DNA of 64,000 bases from the human T2T-CHM13v2.0 reference genome, Homo sapiens. The notes below the pieces were generated by a model. It saw only the letters and a program-made list of their open reading frames with translations, had not been told where the DNA came from and did not search any database. The stretch's first letter is position 1; each line of letters opens with the position of its first letter. Location: NCBI RefSeq assembly GCF_009914755.1, contig NC_060947.1. The stretch is one strand, 5' to 3'. The position numbers and the translations under genes were made by a program. This document shows, piece after piece, positions 57,609 to 64,000 of the stretch.

Positions 57609-58689
57609 GCCTTAGAGCACCTCTGGATAAGGAGGCTGCAGATTGCAACCTGGGCTACCCTCTTGGAAGGTTTTTAGAAGAGGGTAATCAGAAACCCCAC
57701 GGAACACCCTGAAAGGAAACCAACCAGCTGCTAGAGCAGCCACCCTTCCCATTTTTTTAACTCCCCTGTGTTCAGGCTCCTGTACCAAGTGCCAGAGTCA
57801 GCTGCAGCTTTAGATGTCACTTTTCTGGAGTCACTTCCTCTTTTCTCCAGAGGGTGGCATAGAGGCAGAGCTAGAGATCCTTTGGCAGCTACACCCTGAG
57901 GCATCACCACCCGCAAAGGAGCAGTTTTGGCCTCTCTGTGGCTTACTTAGCTGCCAGGATGAGCACCTGCCAAGAGAAATCTGCCTTTTCCTTTCTCCGG
58001 GAACAGCGGGTGACCACGCTGCGAAGAATGAGCTGTAGACAACCTGTTTGGCTCTCTACCCCATGGGGTTCAGAGACCGAGGCTAACCCACCTAGGAAGA
58101 AGGAAAGAAGTGGGGGGATGAGGCTTGGTCCTGCAGGGCTAAAGGAAGAATTGGGATCCCTACTTGAGAGGCAAGCTGGACCACAAAAACTGGAGGGCCA
58201 GCCAAGTCAGTTTCCACTAGAGAAAAATAAAGGTGGGCTACTAGAAAGAGTCACCCTGAAACTCAAGTTTAAGGTCCAGAGGTTGCACAGGAAGTCAATC
58301 AAGGGGCTGAAAAGCCAGAAAGCCATAGGCAGAAGTAAGAACAGAACAGTCTGCAGGGTAATTATCCTGATGAGCAATGGGTCATGGTAGCTTGCCATTG
58401 TGGATCAGCTGGTGTGTCTGGTGTAAGCAGGGAAAGCTGGCTTCAAAGGTTCAGGGTGAGGGAGTCTGGGGATGCAGGAAAACATCCAGGGGGTGTCAAA
58501 GTTGCTGACATGGGATGCTCTGGACAAGGGACACCAGGAGCAATCATGCATGAATTAGGCAGTTGTGAAGTCTGAAGTGTTTAAACTCTTGTTTATGTGT
58601 TCCTTCTGCCTAAGGAGGTCACATGCATTGTGGGAAAGTGTGCAGGAACTGAAGCCGCACTGCCCAGCTCCATTGTGGGTAAGCATGCA

Positions 58690-59160
58690 GGCACTGAAGC
58701 TACACTGCCTAGCTTTATATTCCAGCTCAGCTTGTTACCAGCTGTATGATCTTGGGCAAATTATTTAATCTCTCTGTGCTTCTGCTTCATTAACTGTTAA
58801 AAGGAGATATGAATAGTACCCAACTCAACAGGTTAACATTAGGCAATGTAGGTAAAGTACTTAGGAAAGTGCCTGACACATAGTATAATTTTAATATGTG
58901 TTAGCTGTTATTATTATATTCTGCCAAAAGCAATAGAGCTCATTGTTTAAAGGTATAGGCTCTGGACACAGAGTAAGTTAAGTTTTAGCTCTGTCATGTG
59001 TTCTCCGTGTGAATTTGGGCACATTATCCTCTCTAAGCCTGTTTCCTTATCTATAGAATGACGATAATCATGCTATCTGAATTCATTAAGTTGTTGTGAG
59101 GATTAAATGAGACAATACATGTGAAGAGACTTGTACATATATAGGGCACATTCGGTGTTA
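58690..59160 (+). mobile_element. Two tandem MIR SINEs
   Basis: tgatcttgggcaaattatttaatctctctgtgc and gttgttgtgaggattaaatgaga. Confidence 0.7.
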
Positions 59161-59659
59161 ACTCTTTTGACCTGTGGATGGCAAACAGGTAGGTCTGAAG
59201 CACGATGTCCACAGTCAGTAGTTGATAAATAAAACAAATCGGAAGGATACACAAAATATTGTATTGTTGATGGTGATTTCCTTTAGAGGATGGGGTGGGG
59301 GCGGGGAGTGAGAAAGAAGTCTCCACAGTTAATTTTGTGCTTTTTTGAACTTCTTGAATTATTTCTTTTACCATGTGTGAATTACAACATTCAAGAAATA
59401 CTAATGGGCTATCAGTAATTATGGGCCATCAGTGATCACTTATACTCTTGTATTTAAAAGGGAAAGGCTGTTAATGGGACAATTGATCAAAGCATTTGGT
59501 TCTGAAGACTCTGAGGTGCAGAGCTCTTTTGATGAAGGTAGTGACTAGAGCTGAAGACAGCTGGGTGCAGGGGAAGATGTGGATCATATTTATAAAGATG
59601 TTGACAATGACCACTGTTTTGTGGCCTGGGAATGGTGTTGGTCTGTTAGGATGTCCAAG

Positions 59660-59830
59660 ATAGTGTGTCTCAAATTATGGCCAGTGGACCAGCTGTAACA
59701 TAATCTCCTACAGGGGCTATTTGAAGATCTCTGGACCCCACTCAAAACCCTTTGGATCAGAATTTCTGTGGTTGGGGCCTAGGGACATGTACTTATAACT
59801 AGCCTCCCAGGTCATTAATGTAAAATTAAA
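59660..59830. mobile_element. MER5-type fragment
   Basis: agtgtgtctcaaa...gtggaccagc...atcagaatttctgtggttggggcc. Confidence 0.55.
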
Positions 59831-60976
59831 AGCAGTCTTCTGTTTCAGATAGACCTAAGCTCAAATCCCAGTCCAGCCACTCCCTGGCTGTGTTGAAGCT
59901 CCCACTCCTGACATTTGTCACTGCTAACTTGCTGGTTGGGTCCCAGGATCCTTTTTACAAAACTCTGCTCCAATTGCACAGGCTCAATTGCATGGCTACC
60001 TTTTTCCTGGCTGTGGGCAGAAGAAAATCCTCCTTTCTGTGTGTAACTGACCTCTTCTCTTCTTTACTGCACATGTGCAGTTATCTGATAAGCAGCCATC
60101 TTTTGTCCTTTTCTCCCTAGTCTCCTGTTATGAAATAATCGCCAATCCTCCTCCCCAAACATGGTTGCTAGGTGGTTGGAATTTACTGCTCTGACCAATC
60201 AGGGAGCTGATATTGTTTACTCGGCTATTGCTTTATCCAGCTCACTGCCCTTATAACAACTTCTATTCAAGTGCACACCTACACTCAGGTGCAAAAGCCT
60301 CTATATGTCTCAGAGTGCAGGGGAAGGTATGAGGTGCAATAATAATAATAATAATAGTGCTTAGTTAATGGGATTGTGGTTATTATAGGAGATAAGGCAT
60401 ATAAAATGCCTAGCACAGTTCCTAGCTGCTGTTATTAAATTATGTGCAGGATCCCCTCTCTGGCACTGGTGTAGGCTTTTATTCTCTCTCAAGTCCAATC
60501 CTGTCTCAGGGACTCAATGTCCCACATCCATAATTCCACAAGGGAAAGGTTAGGTGCAAGATGTCTGAAGTTCCTCTCAATCTTGTGACTTTTCCTTGAG
60601 GAATTGTCCAAAGAACAGCTTTGAACTGGCCCTAGGAAAGCTTCCTAGGTCACTTCCAGGCATTAGATGCTTCTGAGTAGGGTCTTGAAGGATAAGGAGG
60701 AGTCTGCCTGCGTATACTGTTGTCAGAGCAGCTCTTGCCCAAGCAACCAAAAGCTGACCTCCCTTGCAAACCCTGCTTGAGCCTTACAGCTACTTAACTG
60801 CCCTCTCCATCCCCTCCCTTTACCCCTACCTGCACAATGGTCCCTATTTGGAAAAGAATTTCTCTCACTTGCTAATGTGGACATCCCTTCTTCCCTTTAC
60901 ATCTCCCAGCTGTGCCTTGTAAGGAGCTGTTTGTAATAGCTGTTTCAGAAGTGTAGCTAACTGATGACAGTAAATA

Positions 60977-61820
60977 ACCATGGCTTTTAAACTTTAATGT
61001 GCATCAGAACCACTTGGGGGCTTATTGAACACATGAATTCTCAGGTGCCACCCCAGAACGTACTCAATCAGCATCTTCAGAGATAGATAGGGCCTGAGCA
61101 TCCATAGCAGGCATCACAAAGTGTACTCAGTCCATAGAACACCTGCATCAGAATGACTTAAACTGTTCGCTTAAAATGGAGATTCCTGGACTGGGTCCCA
61201 GACCTACTGAATCAGATTTTTAGGCTCAGGGATGATTATGTGGTTGTACTATAGCAGTAGTTCTCAAAGTGTGCCCCCACAACTGCCTAGCAGCATCAGT
61301 ATCACCTGCAAACCTGTTAGAAATGCGAGTTCTTGGGCCCCATCCTAGACCTACTGATATGGTTTGGCTCTGTGTCCCCACCCAAATCTCATCTTGTAGC
61401 TCTCATAATTCCTACATGTTGTGGGAGGGACCCAGTGGGAGATGATCGAATCATGGGGGCAGGACTTTCCCATGCTGTTCTCATGACAGTGAATGGGTCT
61501 CACGAGATCTGCTGGTTTTAAAAATGGGTTTCTCTGCACAAGCTCTCTCTATTTTTCCTTCTGCCATCCATGTAAGATGTGACTTGCTCCTCCTTGCCTT
61601 CCACTACGATTGTGAGGCCTCCCCAGCCATGTGGAACTGTAAGTCCAATAAACCTCTTTCTTTTGTAAATTGCCCAGTCTTGGGTATGTCTTTATCAGCA
61701 GCGTGAAAATGGACTAATGCACCTACTGAAATAAAAATTCTAGGAGTAGAACCAGGCAATGTATGTTTTTACAAGACCTCCATGTATTCTGATGCAGGCT
61801 TAAGTTTGAGAGCCCCTGCA
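60977..61820. mobile_element. Cluster of MER5A/B elements, the last one split by a THE1 LTR
   Basis: Repeated MER5 motifs (gcatcagaa, agacctactgaatcaga, cagtagttctcaaagtgt, ttctgatgca...aagtttgaga). Confidence 0.7.
61355..61721 (+). mobile_element. THE1 (B/C-like) solo LTR, 367 bp
   Basis: tgatatggtttggct...ggactaatgca. 5-bp TSD cctac at 61350-61354 and 61722-61726. Confidence 0.95.
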
Positions 61821-62170
61821 CTAAGATATCACCACTCCTACATCCCATCCATTGGATGCCACATCATAATGTTTCTGAGTCTGGGCAGTTGGAATTTCCT
61901 TTTGTACCCTACAGATTGCTGCTGGGTATAAAAGTCAGTTACTGTTACCTCCCGATGAGATTCCAGCAAGCTTAGCCTCACAACATTTTCTGGGCAGATC
62001 TTTTTCAGGTACCCTCTTGTGATAGGATGGTCACTATGGCAATAGTGGAGGTGCCTGTCTCCATGAATCATGGATAAGTCAGGTCAGAGTTGCAAGGATT
62101 TTAGTGGAGGTAAATAGGCCTTAAACATAGTTAGAGTCAGAGGAAGGCTCATCTCTTCCTAAAGAGATCA

Positions 62171-62496
<326 letters not shown>

Positions 62497-62709
62497 GAAA
62501 GGAAGAGAGAGATCATTCAGAGGGGGAAAATGGACAAGACTCCAAGGTGATACCTCATTACCACCAGCAATCTCTGTGATCCATTTGCTCATTCAAGAAT
62601 CCTGCCTTGCCACATTACATCTGAGGATGTCATGTCTAGCTTCAGCCAGGACATGACTTAGGAATTTATCCTCTGTGTTTTCAAATATGCATTTAAAAAT
62701 ATGTGTATA

Positions 62710-63630
62710 TTAATTATTTTTTGTGTTACTTACACTTTCTATGTGCCAAGAACTATACTAAGGACTTTACATAGATTATCTCATTAAAATTCTTATATCA
62801 GCCCTGTGAGTCATGCAAGAAATTGAAGCTCAGAAAAGATTGCCCAAGGTCACACTGTTAATAAGTGACAAAGTTGAGATTTGAAACTACGTTTATCTGA
62901 CTCCAAAGCTCATGCTTATAACTATTCATTCACTTGCTCATTAATTCATTCATTTATTCATTCAAGTATTTGTTGAGACAATACGATGAGAAAGACATGG
63001 TCTAGGTATTGAGCATACAATAGGGAACATGAGTAAGACGAATAAAAAATCTCTGCTCTCATAGAAGTTTTACTCTAATGCAGAAGGCACACAATAAACT
63101 ACATAAGTAAGTAAAGTATATTATATAGTATATAAGATAATTGTAAGTGCCAAAGGGAAGAAAAGCAGACAAGTGGCAATATAATGTTTTTGGAGGGGAG
63201 GAAGTAAAAATAAGGTGGCCAGGTAAGATCTCATTAAGCAAGCGACATTTGAGCAAAACCCAGAAGTAAGAGATGGAGCAGCCATTCAGATGTCAAAGAG
63301 AAAGGTATGTAAGCAAGTGCAAAATCTCTGAGTTGGTAGCGGACTTGGTGTACTAGAGGACTAGGAAAGCAGCCTTTGTGATTGCAATGGAGCAAATGCA
63401 GGGGAGAGTAAAAGGAAATAAAGTCAGAGAGGTAATTGAACGACCAGATCATACAGAGCTTCTAGGACTTTATATCTTACTCTAAGCGAGACTGAGGTTT
63501 GACATCTGTCTTAGGTTATAACAGCATTGTCCCGATCACTAAGTAAGAATAAGCCAAAGGGAGGCATAGGCAGAAGTAGGGAGAATGGTTAGGAATCTAT
63601 TGAAATAATTCAAGCAAAAGATGATGGAGC
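62710..63630 (-). mobile_element. MIR (62710-62925) followed by an L2 remnant
   Basis: MIR ttgcccaaggtcacac and L2 end ttcattcatttattcattcaagtatttgttgag. Confidence 0.7.
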
Positions 63631-63636
63631 TGGGTC

Positions 63637-64000
63637 TGGCAGTTCCTCAAGTGGTTAAACTTAAGAATTACCATATGTGACCCAGCACTTCTACTCCTAA
63701 GCATATACCCAAGAGAAATGAAAACATATGTCCACATAAAAACTTGTAAGTGAATGTTCACAGCAGCGTTATTCATAATAGCCCAAAAGTGGAAACAACC
63801 CCAATGTTCATCAGCTAAAAATGGACAAACAAAATGTAATGTATACATGCAATGGATATTTGGTCATAGAAAGTGAAGTAATGATCTATGTTACAACATC
63901 AATGTATCTGAAAAGCACTTTGCTAAATGAAAGAAGCCAGTCACAAGACCACATACTGTATAACTCCATTTATATGACCTTTCGAGAAAAGGCAAAGCTA
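63637..64000 (+). mobile_element. L1MB-type 3' region, continuing beyond the window
   Basis: gcagttcctcaagtggttaaac...cccaagagaaatgaaaacatatgtccac...gaaagaagccagtcacaa. Confidence 0.8.

Noticed and set aside
57938-58390. 150-aa ORF
   Set aside because: Non-ATG start and no recognisable protein similarity or clear splice context. Length is compatible with chance.

Overview
This is primate (most likely human or great-ape) euchromatic DNA. It starts in the tail of a CpG island (about 1-560) and then runs through about 63 kb of intergenic or intronic sequence dominated by interspersed repeats. I can support no host protein-coding exon. The long ORFs all come from LINE-1. They belong to a full-length minus-strand L1PA2/PA3-type element (20788-26846, 15-bp TSD) with intact ORF1 and antisense ORF0 but a four-times frameshifted ORF2, and a 2.1-kb 5'-truncated L1PA (35312-37382). 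Other repeats include an ancient, multiply interrupted L1ME, a 5'-inverted L1PB, several Alus, solo LTRs with TSDs (MST, THE1, MLT1, MER4, LTR1-like), DNA-transposon fossils, and MIR/L2. Three signals are not explained by repeat annotation. (1) A perfect 132-bp non-tandem duplication (55268-55399 = 56154-56285) has an iterated junction scar suggestive of templated repair. (2) The two neighbouring L1PA copies share apparently private mutations and a 242-bp identical tract, suggesting ectopic gene conversion. (3) An inverted duplication of about 130 bp lies at 12317-12445 / 13527-13654. Subfamily names come from recalled consensus sequences, not a database search. I see no convincing novel gene system.
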